From the IMG/VR virus record IMGVR_UViG_3300032227_000475, positions 1 to 55,944 of that record: 55,944 nt of DNA, one strand, 5' to 3'. Below are positions 27,990 to 37,616 of this stretch, in pieces (positions within the stretch are counted from its first letter, which is position 1; each line of letters starts with the position of its first letter). The translations under genes were made by a program, and so were the position numbers. This DNA is from a virus (lineage: Duplodnaviria > Caudoviricetes). Under the pieces are notes generated by a model. That model had not been told where the DNA came from. It did not search any database and saw only the letters and a list, made by a program, of their open reading frames with translations.

Positions 27990-30503
27990 ATGCCTGAAAT
28001 GCCAATCGACCCGATGCAGGAACAAGACCCCACAGCCCAGCCGGAGGACGAAGAGGGTCTGGTGCTGGACTTGGACGACGAGTTCGCGGAGGTTGAAGAG
28101 CAGCCCGACGGGTCAGCGATCGTCCGCATGGACGATTTCAAAGGCCCCAAAGAGGACCAGGATTTCTACGCCAATCTGGCTGATGAGATTGATGATTGGG
28201 ACCTGGACAAGATCGCGCTGAAATACATCGACCTGATTGAAAAAGACCAGGAGGCGAGGAAAGAGCGCGACAAGCAGTACGAAGAGGGGTTGCGGCGCAC
28301 CGGGTTGGGCCACGATGCGCCGGGTGGGGCGACCTTCTCGGGTGCGTCTAAGGTGGTGCACCCTGTGATGGCTGAGGCTTGTATCGACTTCGAATCTCGG
28401 GCGATCAAAGAGTTGTTCCCGCCTGATGGCCCAGTGCGCACCAACATCATCGGCGACGTGGATCAGGAGTCCGAAGCTCGCGCCGACCGTAAGCGTGATT
28501 ACATGAACTGGCAGCTCACCGAGCAGATCGAGGAGTTCCGCGACGAGCAGGAGCAGATGCTCACTCAGCTGCCATTGGGTGGAAGCCAGTTCATGAAGCT
28601 CTGGTACGACGAGAAGAAACGTCGCCCGTGCGCTGAGTTCGTGCCGATCGACAACATCATGTTGCCGTTCTCGGCGGCCAATTTCTACACCGCGCAACGC
28701 GTGACAGAAGTCCAAGACATCACGGAAGAAGAGTTCGACGACCGGGTTAGTCGTGGTCTGTACAAAGATGTGCTCATTACTCGGGCCACGCAAGAACCGA
28801 CCATGACTGCGTCTGAAAAGGCCAACGACAAGATCGAAGGCAAGCAGTTTCAGGACAACGAAGACGGTGTGCGCCGAGTCTTCCACGTCTACACGAACTT
28901 GGCACTCGAAGACGACAGCTACAGCAAAGGCGAGCTGGCTCCGTACATCCTGATGATCGACGAACTGAACACCGAGGTGTTGGGCCTGTACCGCAATTGG
29001 GAGGAAGGCGACGAGTCGATGGCCAAATTGGATTGGCTGATCGAGTTCAAGTTCATTCCTTGGCGCGGTGCTTACGCTATCGGTTTGCCTCATCTTATCG
29101 GTGGTCTCACTGCTGCGCTTACAGGTTCATTGCGCGCTCTGCTAGACACCGCTCACATCAACAACGCCGCGACGATGCTCAAGCTCAAAGGAGCGAAGAT
29201 CTCGGGGCAGAGTCAGAACGTTGAAGTCACGCAGGTGACTGAAATCGAAGGCGCTCCCGGTGTGGACGACATCCGCAAGCTCGCCATGCCGATGCCGTTC
29301 AACCCGCCTAGCCCGGTGCTGCTGGAGCTTCTCGGTTTCCTCACCACTGCAGCCAAAGGCGTGGTCACCACGTCGGAAGAAAAGATCGCCGACGTAACCA
29401 ACAATGCGCCGGTAGGCACCACGCAAGCCCTGATCGAGCAGGGCGCTGCAGTGTTCTCAGCTATTCACGCTCGGCTGCACAATAGCCAGCGCAAGTTGCT
29501 CATGGTGCTCCAGCGGATCAATCGTTGGTACCTCGACGATCAGCGCAAAGGCGACATCGTTGCTGAACTCGACATCAAGCGTGAAGACTTCAACCGCAAC
29601 ACCGATGTGGTGCCGGTGTCCGACCCGCACATCTTCTCCGAAACTCAACGCATGGCGCAGAGCCAAGCGGTGATGGCGCTCGCCGACAAGTTCCCAGATC
29701 TGTTCGATCGACGCGCAGTCGTGCAGCGGATGCTCAAGCAGATGAAGATTCCGAACATCACCGAGCTGATGCCGGCAGTCGCAGAACCAATGGAGATCAA
29801 TGCGGCTGAGGAGAATGCCGCAATGTGCATCGGTCGGGCTGCGTTTGCGTACCCGCACCAGAACCAACTCGCGCACCTGCAAGCGCATTTGGACTTCGCG
29901 CTCAACCCGATGCTCGGTGGCAGTCCGTTCATTGCGCCCACCTTCCTGCCGATGTTCATTGAACATTTCAAACAGCACGTGATGCTGTGGTATCTCGGGC
30001 ACATGAATGGGTACGTGGAGCAATCCCTCGGCAAGCCGGTGAAAGACTACGACATCGCCGGGATCACCGGCGAGATCGACAAGCTGTATGCGCTGGCTTC
30101 GCAGCACACCAAAGAGGATTCAGAGATCGCGTTCAAGCAGGTTATGCCTGCAATGCAGAAGATAATGCAGCTCGCGATGCAGCTCAAACCCAAACCCGAG
30201 ATGGATCCGGGCGATCAGGTCATCCTGCAAACCTCGATGGCCGAAACCGAGCGACGCAAGGTCAAAGACATGGGCGATCTGGCGCTGCAGAAAGAAAAAC
30301 TCAAAGCCGACATGCTGGCTAAGAACCGGCAGCAACAGATCGACATCGCACTCAATGCGTCTGACCGACTCACTGAGGAGCGAATCAAATCCGCAGAACT
30401 GACGCATGACGCGGCGATTCTGCAATACGAGCAGCAGCAAACCGCTCTGGCCGCGCAACAAAGCGCACAACAAGCCTTAGGAGGGCTAAATGGCATCCAA
30501 TGA
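27990..30503 (+). CDS. Portal protein
   Basis: 837 aa; VHPVMAEACIDF...KELFP..GPV, LPLGGSQFMK, PVGTTQALIEQG, PVSDPHIFS; follows terminase. Confidence 0.9.
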   Translation: MPEMPIDPMQEQDPTAQPEDEEGLVLDLDDEFAEVEEQPDGSAIVRMDDFKGPKEDQDFYANLADEIDDWDLDKIALKYIDLIEKDQEARKERDKQYEEGLRRTGLGHDAPGGATFSGASKVVHPVMAEACIDFESRAIKELFPPDGPVRTNIIGDVDQESEARADRKRDYMNWQLTEQIEEFRDEQEQMLTQLPLGGSQFMKLWYDEKKRRPCAEFVPIDNIMLPFSAANFYTAQRVTEVQDITEEEFDDRVSRGLYKDVLITRATQEPTMTASEKANDKIEGKQFQDNEDGVRRVFHVYTNLALEDDSYSKGELAPYILMIDELNTEVLGLYRNWEEGDESMAKLDWLIEFKFIPWRGAYAIGLPHLIGGLTAALTGSLRALLDTAHINNAATMLKLKGAKISGQSQNVEVTQVTEIEGAPGVDDIRKLAMPMPFNPPSPVLLELLGFLTTAAKGVVTTSEEKIADVTNNAPVGTTQALIEQGAAVFSAIHARLHNSQRKLLMVLQRINRWYLDDQRKGDIVAELDIKREDFNRNTDVVPVSDPHIFSETQRMAQSQAVMALADKFPDLFDRRAVVQRMLKQMKIPNITELMPAVAEPMEINAAEENAAMCIGRAAFAYPHQNQLAHLQAHLDFALNPMLGGSPFIAPTFLPMFIEHFKQHVMLWYLGHMNGYVEQSLGKPVKDYDIAGITGEIDKLYALASQHTKEDSEIAFKQVMPAMQKIMQLAMQLKPKPEMDPGDQVILQTSMAETERRKVKDMGDLALQKEKLKADMLAKNRQQQIDIALNASDRLTEERIKSAELTHDAAILQYEQQQTALAAQQSAQQALGGLNGIQ

Positions 30504-30648
30504 TTCTCAGCAAATGAGCGAGATGGTTCCCCAGCACAAGCGCATCGCCATGGGCGTGAAGCTCGATGGTTCGACGATGAAAGGTGGGTCGGCTCCCGCA
30601 AAACCCGCAGCAAAGTCGGGCGGTCTGTCACAGGCCAAAAAGAAGTAA
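30490..30648 (+). CDS. Small basic protein (52 aa) with MKGG/KSGG motifs
   Basis: MASNDSQQMSEMVPQHKRIAMG...MKGGS...KSGGLSQAKKK read from sequence; GGAGG RBS. Confidence 0.6.
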   Translation: MASNDSQQMSEMVPQHKRIAMGVKLDGSTMKGGSAPAKPAAKSGGLSQAKKK

Positions 30649-30834
30649 ATGCGATACGTCGGCGACTACATCGGTGCGGTGGAAGCTGAAAAGAAAAAGA
30701 TCTCTGAATCTTTGGTCAGTGGCAATGCTACGACCTTCGATGCCTACCAACGGCTAGTTGGCCAGCACCAAGGGCTTGTGAAAGCTCTGGACATTTTGAA
30801 TGACCTTTTAAGGGAAGAAGACGATGACAATTGA
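30649..30834 (+). CDS. Conserved head-module small protein
   Basis: SLVSGNATTFDAYQRLVGQHQGL pattern, upstream of GroES-like gene. Confidence 0.7.
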   Translation: MRYVGDYIGAVEAEKKKISESLVSGNATTFDAYQRLVGQHQGLVKALDILNDLLREEDDDN

Positions 30835-31255
30835 ACTGGGTGCTTCGAACGAAGCAGCGTTGCGGGAAGCATTTCCTGCAGTCGATCCCGGTGCAATGCC
30901 CGTCGGTGGGCGTATTCTCGTGCAATGGCGACAGACACGGAAGACGGTAACCAACTCCGGCATTATGCTTGTGGAAGAGACCAAAGAAACCGAAAAGTGG
31001 AACAACCAAGTAGCGAAAGTCATCGCTCTCGGCCCACTCGCTTTCAAACAACGCGACACTCTCGCTCCATGGCCCGAGGGCAACTGGATCCAGGTGGGTG
31101 ATTACGTGCGTATGCCTAAGTGGGGCGGCGATCGCTGGGAAGTGATCTATGGCGACCCGCATCTGGGTGAAACCGCACTATTCAGCGTGTTCAACGATCA
31201 CGAAGTCATCGCCAAGGTGACGGGTGATCCTTTGAAAGTGAAGGCATTCCTATGA
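30824..31255 (+). CDS. groES: GroES-like co-chaperonin
   Basis: PVGGRILV, SGIML, KVIALGP, VGDYV, NDHEVIAKV. Confidence 0.85.
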   Translation: MTIELGASNEAALREAFPAVDPGAMPVGGRILVQWRQTRKTVTNSGIMLVEETKETEKWNNQVAKVIALGPLAFKQRDTLAPWPEGNWIQVGDYVRMPKWGGDRWEVIYGDPHLGETALFSVFNDHEVIAKVTGDPLKVKAFL

Positions 31256-32220
31256 ACTCTACCGAAAAACTAGATCTCCAGGTTTCGGAAAGCAACGATG
31301 GATCCGCAGTCGTGTCAGTTGTCGAACCAGGATTTCCCAATCTCGACGTGGATTCGAATCGTCAAGAATCCTCGGCGAGCTCTGACAATTTCGACAACGG
31401 AGCAGATAACATTCCGGATATTGACCCGGAACGTGAAGCAATCCGGGTCGCTCGTCGGGAAGAGCGACAGCTCAAGAAACAGATTCACAAAGCAAAGGCG
31501 AGTGAGTCCAACCATCTGATCAATGCGCTCAAGCGTCAAAATGAGCAGATGGCTGACCGGCTCGCTGTGCTCGAAAAGCGCACCGCTGGCTCGGATCTCG
31601 CCCGAATCGACAAGGCGATCGAAGATGGCCACTTGAAACTTCAGTATGCAAAACTGAAAATCAAAGAAGCCACCGAGATGGCCAATGGCGCTGCGCTGGC
31701 TGATGCTCAGGAGCATTGGTACGAATCACGGCGGCAAGTCGAAGCTCTCGAGGCGCTGAAAAAGAAGGTGGTCTCCGAGCCTCAACAGAAAAACGTTCCG
31801 CAAGCTCCCGACCCCATGCTCAAGCGGCATGCGGGGGATTGGATGGCGCGGAACGATTGGTTCGACCCCGAAGGCGGCGACACCGACAGTCAGGTCGCCA
31901 CCAAGATCGACGAAAGTCTGGTCAAAGAGGGTTGGGACCCAAAAAGCAGTGAATATTGGGAAGAACTTGACAATCGTTTGTCGAAATACCTTCCACACCG
32001 TTATAATACCGAACAAGATGACAGATCTTCAAATAGGAGGCCCCGATCTGTGGTAACTAGTTCTGGTCGAGAGAGTCGAGCGACTACCAAGTCGAACGAA
32101 TTCTATCTTTCACCAGACCGCGTGAAAGCGATCAAAGATGCTGGCCGGTGGGACAACCTCGCCGAGCGCAACAAGATGATTCGCCGCTACGCTGAATATG
32201 ACCGCATGAACCGGAGCTAA
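31252..32220 (+). CDS. Putative capsid scaffolding protein
   Basis: Acidic N-terminus, long coiled coil, WMARNDWF...EYWEELDNRL; upstream of capsid genes. Confidence 0.65.
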   Translation: MNSTEKLDLQVSESNDGSAVVSVVEPGFPNLDVDSNRQESSASSDNFDNGADNIPDIDPEREAIRVARREERQLKKQIHKAKASESNHLINALKRQNEQMADRLAVLEKRTAGSDLARIDKAIEDGHLKLQYAKLKIKEATEMANGAALADAQEHWYESRRQVEALEALKKKVVSEPQQKNVPQAPDPMLKRHAGDWMARNDWFDPEGGDTDSQVATKIDESLVKEGWDPKSSEYWEELDNRLSKYLPHRYNTEQDDRSSNRRPRSVVTSSGRESRATTKSNEFYLSPDRVKAIKDAGRWDNLAERNKMIRRYAEYDRMNRS

Positions 32221-32222
32221 CC

Positions 32223-32765
32223 ATGCAAGATACTCGACTCAAAAAGAACCTTCTCGCTGGTGGACGTGAATCCCGCGCATCGCAGGATAGCAAACGTGCA
32301 CCCGCCAGTGATGATTTGGCAAGTCAGCAGGAACGTCGTAGAATGTTCCGCAACGAGTGGATCCAAGAATCACTCCCGACCCCTCCGGATATTCCCGGAT
32401 TTCATTTGTGCTGGTTATCCACCACCAACGGCTACGACCCAATCCATAAACGCATGCGCATGGGCTACCAGCCCGTCATGATCGAAGAAGTTCCCGGATT
32501 CGAGAGCTTCAAAGTCAAATCAGGCGAGCAAACTGGCTTCATTGCGTGCAACGAGATGCTGCTGTATAAACTCCCGCAGGATATATATCAGCAGATCATG
32601 GAAGAGTTCCATCATTTTGCGCCGCAGGACGAAGCGGATAAGATCCGTGTCCAGGTAGAAAATCTACAAGGCGCTAGAGATAGCAACGGTCGACGGCTCG
32701 GTTCGGTAGAGGGTGAAGGCATCAATGAACTCGACAACGTCAAGCCCGTTCCGGTCTTCACCTGA
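32223..32765 (+). CDS. Conserved head-module hypothetical protein
   Basis: LPTPPDIPGFHLCWL...GYQPV...MLLYKLP. Confidence 0.65.
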   Translation: MQDTRLKKNLLAGGRESRASQDSKRAPASDDLASQQERRRMFRNEWIQESLPTPPDIPGFHLCWLSTTNGYDPIHKRMRMGYQPVMIEEVPGFESFKVKSGEQTGFIACNEMLLYKLPQDIYQQIMEEFHHFAPQDEADKIRVQVENLQGARDSNGRRLGSVEGEGINELDNVKPVPVFT

Positions 32766-32795
32766 CGGATTTAAATATTTAATGGAGTTAGCAAT

Positions 32796-33395
32796 ATGAG
32801 TGCTACTAATGCTCCGTTCGGTATGCGCCCAGCGTTTCATCCAACAGGTTTGGATCGTGCAGCGGCTCTTACCGACGGAATTGCTTCGGGATACAACACA
32901 GCGATCCTCAAAGGTCAGCCTGTCAAATACGACACCAACGGCAACATCGTTGTTGCTGCGGCTGGTGACGCGTTCGTCGGCGCTTTCGCGGGTGTTCAAT
33001 TTACCGACACGACTGGTCGTTTCCGCGTCAGTAACAACTGGCCAGCGAACACAGCTTACATCACCGGCTCTTGCACAGCGTTTTTCTACAACGACCCCAA
33101 CATCGTTTATGAAATCCAAGCTGATGGCTCGTTGGCTCAGACCTCGATCGGGGACGAAGCCAATCTGAGCAACACGACTGCGGGTTCGACGACGACTGGC
33201 CTTTCGGCTTGCACGCTGTCGACCACTCTGGCGGGTGCTAACGCACAGGCTCAGATGCGTATTGTCGATTTGGCCCCCTATGTTGACAATGCATGGGGAG
33301 ATACCTACACCGTTGTACGCTGCACGATCGCGAAGTTCCAGTTCGCACAGATCTACACAGCCGCCAACACTGCAGCCTACCCGGTTGCAATCTAA
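32796..33395 (+). CDS. Capsid cement/decoration protein
   Basis: NAPFGMRP N-terminus, NDPNIVYEIQAD; directly upstream of major capsid gene. Confidence 0.65.
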   Translation: MSATNAPFGMRPAFHPTGLDRAAALTDGIASGYNTAILKGQPVKYDTNGNIVVAAAGDAFVGAFAGVQFTDTTGRFRVSNNWPANTAYITGSCTAFFYNDPNIVYEIQADGSLAQTSIGDEANLSNTTAGSTTTGLSACTLSTTLAGANAQAQMRIVDLAPYVDNAWGDTYTVVRCTIAKFQFAQIYTAANTAAYPVAI

Positions 33396-33408
33396 AGGAG
33401 GCTAAGTC

Positions 33409-34323
33409 ATGGCAGCTCCAATGCGCAGTACGGACTTCCGGAGTATCGTTGAGCCAATCCTCAATGAATGCTTTGATGGAGTCTATGACCAACGTACCGA
33501 CGAATGGTCGCGGGTTTTCCGCGAGCAACAAGGTATTCCCCGCAACTACCACGAAGAGCCTGTCCTTTATGGATTCGGCGCTGCGCCACAATTGCCCGAC
33601 GGAACTCCGGTTTCGTACCAGCAAGGTGGTGTGCTCTTCCTCCAGCGTTACGTGTACAACGTCTATGGTTTGGCGTTCGCGCTGACCAAAGTGCTGGTTG
33701 AAGACGGCGACCACATCCGCATTGGTCAAGTTTACGCTCGTCACTTGGCTCAGTCCCTGATTGAGACCAAAGAGACACTGAGCGCGAACGTCCTGAACCG
33801 TGCGTTCAACTCGTCGTATGTTGGTGGTGATGGCGTTTCGCTTATAAACACCTCGCATCCGATCGTGAGTGGCACGTTCTCGAACCAGCTCGCTACCGCC
33901 GCTAACCTCAGCCAGACGTCTCTCGAGCAGATGCTCATCCAGATCCGCCAAGCTGTTGACAACAACGGGAAGAAAATCCGTTTGGTCCCACGTCAGCTGG
34001 TGGTTGCACCGGGTAACGTGTTCCAAGCCGAGGTCCTCCTGAAGAGCGTGTTGCGTGCCGGCACGGCTAACAACGACATCAACCCAGTCAAATCGATTGG
34101 GCTGCTGGATGAAGGTGCCGCTGTTCTGTCGCGTTTGACCAACGCTAACTCTTGGTGGGTTCAGACAGACGCTCCTGAAGGTCTGAAGCTACTGATGCGT
34201 CGTGCGCTTGAAAAGACCATGGAAGGTGACTTCGAAACCGACTCCATGCGTTACAAAGCAACCGAGCGTTATCAGGTTGGCTGGACCGATCCGCGTTCAT
34301 TGTACGGCACGCCGGGAGTCTAA
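33409..34323 (+). CDS. Major capsid protein (Mu gpT-like HK97 fold)
   Basis: GFGAAP..PDG, TKE..SANVLNRAF, GGDGVSL....HP, EGDFET..MRYKATERY..GW.DPR; strong RBS and terminator. Confidence 0.92.
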   Translation: MAAPMRSTDFRSIVEPILNECFDGVYDQRTDEWSRVFREQQGIPRNYHEEPVLYGFGAAPQLPDGTPVSYQQGGVLFLQRYVYNVYGLAFALTKVLVEDGDHIRIGQVYARHLAQSLIETKETLSANVLNRAFNSSYVGGDGVSLINTSHPIVSGTFSNQLATAANLSQTSLEQMLIQIRQAVDNNGKKIRLVPRQLVVAPGNVFQAEVLLKSVLRAGTANNDINPVKSIGLLDEGAAVLSRLTNANSWWVQTDAPEGLKLLMRRALEKTMEGDFETDSMRYKATERYQVGWTDPRSLYGTPGV

Positions 34324-34329
34324 GTCGGT

Positions 34330-34358
34330 GGGGGGCTAATCACCCCCCTTTCTTTTTT
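34330..34358 (+). terminator. Rho-independent terminator after capsid gene
   Basis: GGGGGG-CTAATCA-CCCCCC then TTTCTTTTTT. Confidence 0.8.
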
Positions 34359-34387
34359 GGTTGGTCAAACTTTTCAAGGAGCAGACC

Positions 34388-35629
34388 ATGCCTCAGTTTT
34401 CAGATGACCTGTTTTTAGGTCCAGCAGTTACTTATATGGGTACGGGTATTCGCCCGTATTCGACGACTGTCGCGGGTACCATTGCCACCACAACGCTGAC
34501 GGTCACTCAACTACTGCAAGGCGCACCGCTTGCAGTCGGTATGTATCTCGATGGCACGAGCGTCACCAACGGCACTTACATCACCGCTTTCGGTACAGGC
34601 ACGGGCGGCGTAGGCACCTACACCCTAAGCGCCTCTTCAACTGTTTCTAGCACGGCAACTTTCACTGCGCACGGAAACATCAATTTCGACAATCCGTCGC
34701 CGATGGATCTCGGTGTTGGTCCTTTGGGTCGTACCTACGTTTGGGATGTTGTTCCTCAATCATTAGTTGCGAATAACATTGCAGCGTCGCAGACCCCTGT
34801 GGCGGCTGGCGCGTTGACGTTGACCGCTGGCACATCGGTTAAGTCGGTTCTAACAAACGCCGGAGTTACCGCTCTAGCGTTGGATGTTCCGCGTGCAGTT
34901 AGTGTCACAACTGCAACTGCCGCCGCTGCGACGTTAACAAGCGTTGTCATTGCAGGCACTGGTGGTCAAATCACTTTCACCTCGCAAGCTGGTTTGGTTA
35001 CCGGTCAACGCTTGACCATCTCGGGCACTTTGGGTGGCACGGGCACGATCACGGGTTACACTGACCCGACAACCTACGTCCTGACTGCTGTGACAGCAAC
35101 TTCTGCAACCCTGACGACAACGGCGGGTGCGGCAGTTGTGACCACCGCAGGTACACCAACAGGTTTGACCTACACCTTGGGCGTGGCTCCGGTGACCGTT
35201 ACTGTCTCTGGCTTTGACTACTACGGTCAGTCGATGAGCGAGGCGATCACGTCAAGCGCCGCTCTGAGCACCGCAGTCAATGGCAAGAAAGCGTTCTATT
35301 TAGTGACTTCGGTCTCGGTCAGTGGGGCGACTGGAACGGCTTTGACGGTCGGAACAGCAGACGTGTTTGGGTGCCCGGTGCGGTTCTTTGACAAGTCTTA
35401 TGTGATTCGTTACGGCTGGAACAACGCTACGACTGACGACACGTCAGGTACGCTGACTGTTGCAGACACTGCGACGGCCACTACGATCACCGGCGACGTT
35501 CGTGGAACTTTTGCTCCGAGTTCGGCGGCTGACGGTATCAAGCGCCTTGTTATGACGCTGGCTCTTCCGGCAATCGCAGTCGGTCCCAATGCAACCCGAG
35601 TTGGCGCTCTTGGCGTCACACAAGCCTAA
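34388..35629 (+). CDS. Thr/Gly-rich virion surface (capsid fibre/decoration) protein
   Basis: Start MPQFSDDLF with AAGGAG RBS; beta-rich, follows capsid gene. Confidence 0.6.
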   Translation: MPQFSDDLFLGPAVTYMGTGIRPYSTTVAGTIATTTLTVTQLLQGAPLAVGMYLDGTSVTNGTYITAFGTGTGGVGTYTLSASSTVSSTATFTAHGNINFDNPSPMDLGVGPLGRTYVWDVVPQSLVANNIAASQTPVAAGALTLTAGTSVKSVLTNAGVTALALDVPRAVSVTTATAAAATLTSVVIAGTGGQITFTSQAGLVTGQRLTISGTLGGTGTITGYTDPTTYVLTAVTATSATLTTTAGAAVVTTAGTPTGLTYTLGVAPVTVTVSGFDYYGQSMSEAITSSAALSTAVNGKKAFYLVTSVSVSGATGTALTVGTADVFGCPVRFFDKSYVIRYGWNNATTDDTSGTLTVADTATATTITGDVRGTFAPSSAADGIKRLVMTLALPAIAVGPNATRVGALGVTQA

Positions 35630-35640
35630 AGGAGGCTGAA

Positions 35641-36615
35641 ATGGGTCAGTTCAAGCCAATGGTCAAGATGGAAACAACCGAGCCATCGGTTATTCTCCAT
35701 CTTAAGAAAGGCGGTTCGGCTAAAATGCCGGTTCGCAAAATGGACGGCGGCAAAATGGACGGCGGCATGATGAATGCTGCCGGACCAGTTACCCCTGTAG
35801 CCAACCCCGCTGCGGCACGTGCTATGGCAGCTCGTAGGGTGGCTCGTAGGCCAGCTCCTATGACCAACCCTACTGCACCGGGTCGTATGCCCATGCCAGC
35901 AGCTCCTATGGGACGTCCTATGATGAAAGAGGGCGGCTCCATGGACAAGGCGCAGGACAAAGCCATGATCAAGAAGGCTTTCAAACAGCACGACACCCAA
36001 GAGCACAAAGGCGGAAAGGGCACTAAGCTCAAGCTCGCTTCGGGTGGAATGGCTGGGAAATGCGCCACTGGCGGCGTGGTCAATGGTCAAGGCGGTTACA
36101 AAGAAGGTGGTAAAGTTTCAGCCAGTGGGATCATCAAGGGTGAATCCGGCGCTGCAACCGCTACCAAGATGCGTACTACTCGCCCCGACAATTCACCAGC
36201 TAAAACCGGCGACGTGAAACTCGGCAACGGTGGTGGTTACAAAAAAGGTGGCAAAGCCATGATGGGCGGCGGCATGAGTGGGTACGCCACCGGCGGTGTT
36301 GCAAAATCCAACGGCGGTGGATACCGCAAGGGCGGTGCCGCAAAAAAGTTTGCTGAGGGCGGTCGCGTCCAAGACGACGGCGGTCCGGAGCAGATGAAGC
36401 AGGGGCGTAAGCCGATGCCTGCGCCTGTGGCAATCACGGCTCTTTCCGGTGCTTACAAGAAGGGTGGCAAGGTTGCGCCAAACAACGCAAAATTGCAAAC
36501 CATCAACAATGCCGAGTTTGCACCGACCATGAAGGCGGCGAAGAAGGACAGTAACGAAAAGTACGGTCCGGCTCGCAACTTCATGATGCCAAAAAAGGCT
36601 GGCGGCGCGTGTTAA
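35641..36615 (+). CDS. Basic, low-complexity protein with about 12 xxGG motifs (putative core/DNA-condensing protein)
   Basis: LKKGG, MDGG x2, MKEGG, LASGG, CATGG, YKEGG, YKKGG, YATGG, YRKGG, FAEGG, YKKGG, KAGG. Confidence 0.75.
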   Translation: MGQFKPMVKMETTEPSVILHLKKGGSAKMPVRKMDGGKMDGGMMNAAGPVTPVANPAAARAMAARRVARRPAPMTNPTAPGRMPMPAAPMGRPMMKEGGSMDKAQDKAMIKKAFKQHDTQEHKGGKGTKLKLASGGMAGKCATGGVVNGQGGYKEGGKVSASGIIKGESGAATATKMRTTRPDNSPAKTGDVKLGNGGGYKKGGKAMMGGGMSGYATGGVAKSNGGGYRKGGAAKKFAEGGRVQDDGGPEQMKQGRKPMPAPVAITALSGAYKKGGKVAPNNAKLQTINNAEFAPTMKAAKKDSNEKYGPARNFMMPKKAGGAC

Positions 36616-36617
36616 GA

Positions 36618-36640
36618 ACAGGGGCTTCGGCCCCTGTCTT
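36618..36640 (+). terminator. Hairpin/terminator with UUCG tetraloop
   Basis: ACAGGGGC-TTCG-GCCCCTGT then CTT. Confidence 0.65.
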
Positions 36641-36654
36641 CATTGGAGATTGAG

Positions 36655-36939
36655 ATGTCAACATTAACGAATGTATTTTCGGCGCACAGGGATGCGACAG
36701 GAACGATTTACTCTGGCGCGGCCAATCTTGCTGGGTACCAAGCCTTGTCTGGCGGAACGGCTGGAGAGATAATTTTTCGGGATGGCGGATCCGGCGGCAC
36801 CGTTCTTTTAAGATTTAATGTTCCAGCCAATACAAATAACCCATTTTCAAACATAATTCCCGGAAACGGGATTAGATTTAAAACAGACATTCATGTCACA
36901 TTGCCCGGTACTGCGTCAGTAACTATTTTTTGCGGCTGA
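36655..36939 (+). CDS. Small beta-rich virion protein
   Basis: FRDGGSGGTVLL...IPGNGIRF.TDIHV...TIFCG. Confidence 0.7.
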   Translation: MSTLTNVFSAHRDATGTIYSGAANLAGYQALSGGTAGEIIFRDGGSGGTVLLRFNVPANTNNPFSNIIPGNGIRFKTDIHVTLPGTASVTIFCG

Positions 36940-36941
36940 TC

Positions 36942-37616
36942 ATGCCAAGCAAATCACCAGCCCAACACCGCCTGATGGAGGCGGTTGCTCACAATCCAAA
37001 GTTTGCCAAGAAAGTTGGCATCCCAACGTCGGTTGGAAAAGAATTTGCTAAGGCTGACGAAGGCAAGAAGTTCAAAGACGGCGGGGTGGTTAATTCTTTG
37101 AAAAAAGAAGGATTTTACGACGAGGGGAAAAGCAAGTCAGAGCGTCTGAGCATTATCAACAAAGAAACCACTAAGCCAGAAAGATTGGAAATGGTTGATA
37201 AGGTGTTCTTGGGTAAGAAAATGAAAGGCGGCGGGTTGTACGCCAACATCCACGCCAAACGAGAGCGCATAGCTGAAGGGTCTGGCGAGAAGATGCGCAA
37301 ACCCGGTGCACCCGGCGCTCCAACCGCCAAAGCATTCCGTGAGTCTGCTAAGACTGCAAAGATGAAAGAAGGTGGCCCGGTGCTTTCTGTCGGTCGTGGT
37401 GAGAAATTGCCTGTTTCTCAAGGCGCAGGGCTGACTGCAAAAGGCAGAGCGAAGTATAATAACGCCACAGGAAGCAACCTCAAGGCTCCTCAGCCTGGGG
37501 GTGGGCCAAGGAAGGATTCGTTCTGCGCAAGAATGAAAGGTCATCCAGGTCCAATGAAAGATGAGAAAGGTCGTCCTACTCGCAAAGCTGCGTCATTAGC
37601 TCGGTGGAAATGCTAA
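36942..37616 (+). CDS. Basic multi-module protein with C-terminal DUF6321-like domain
   Basis: Modules separated by FKDGG, MKGGG, MKEGG; C-terminal GLTAKGRAKYN...RKDSFCARM...RWKC. Confidence 0.7.
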   Translation: MPSKSPAQHRLMEAVAHNPKFAKKVGIPTSVGKEFAKADEGKKFKDGGVVNSLKKEGFYDEGKSKSERLSIINKETTKPERLEMVDKVFLGKKMKGGGLYANIHAKRERIAEGSGEKMRKPGAPGAPTAKAFRESAKTAKMKEGGPVLSVGRGEKLPVSQGAGLTAKGRAKYNNATGSNLKAPQPGGGPRKDSFCARMKGHPGPMKDEKGRPTRKAASLARWKC

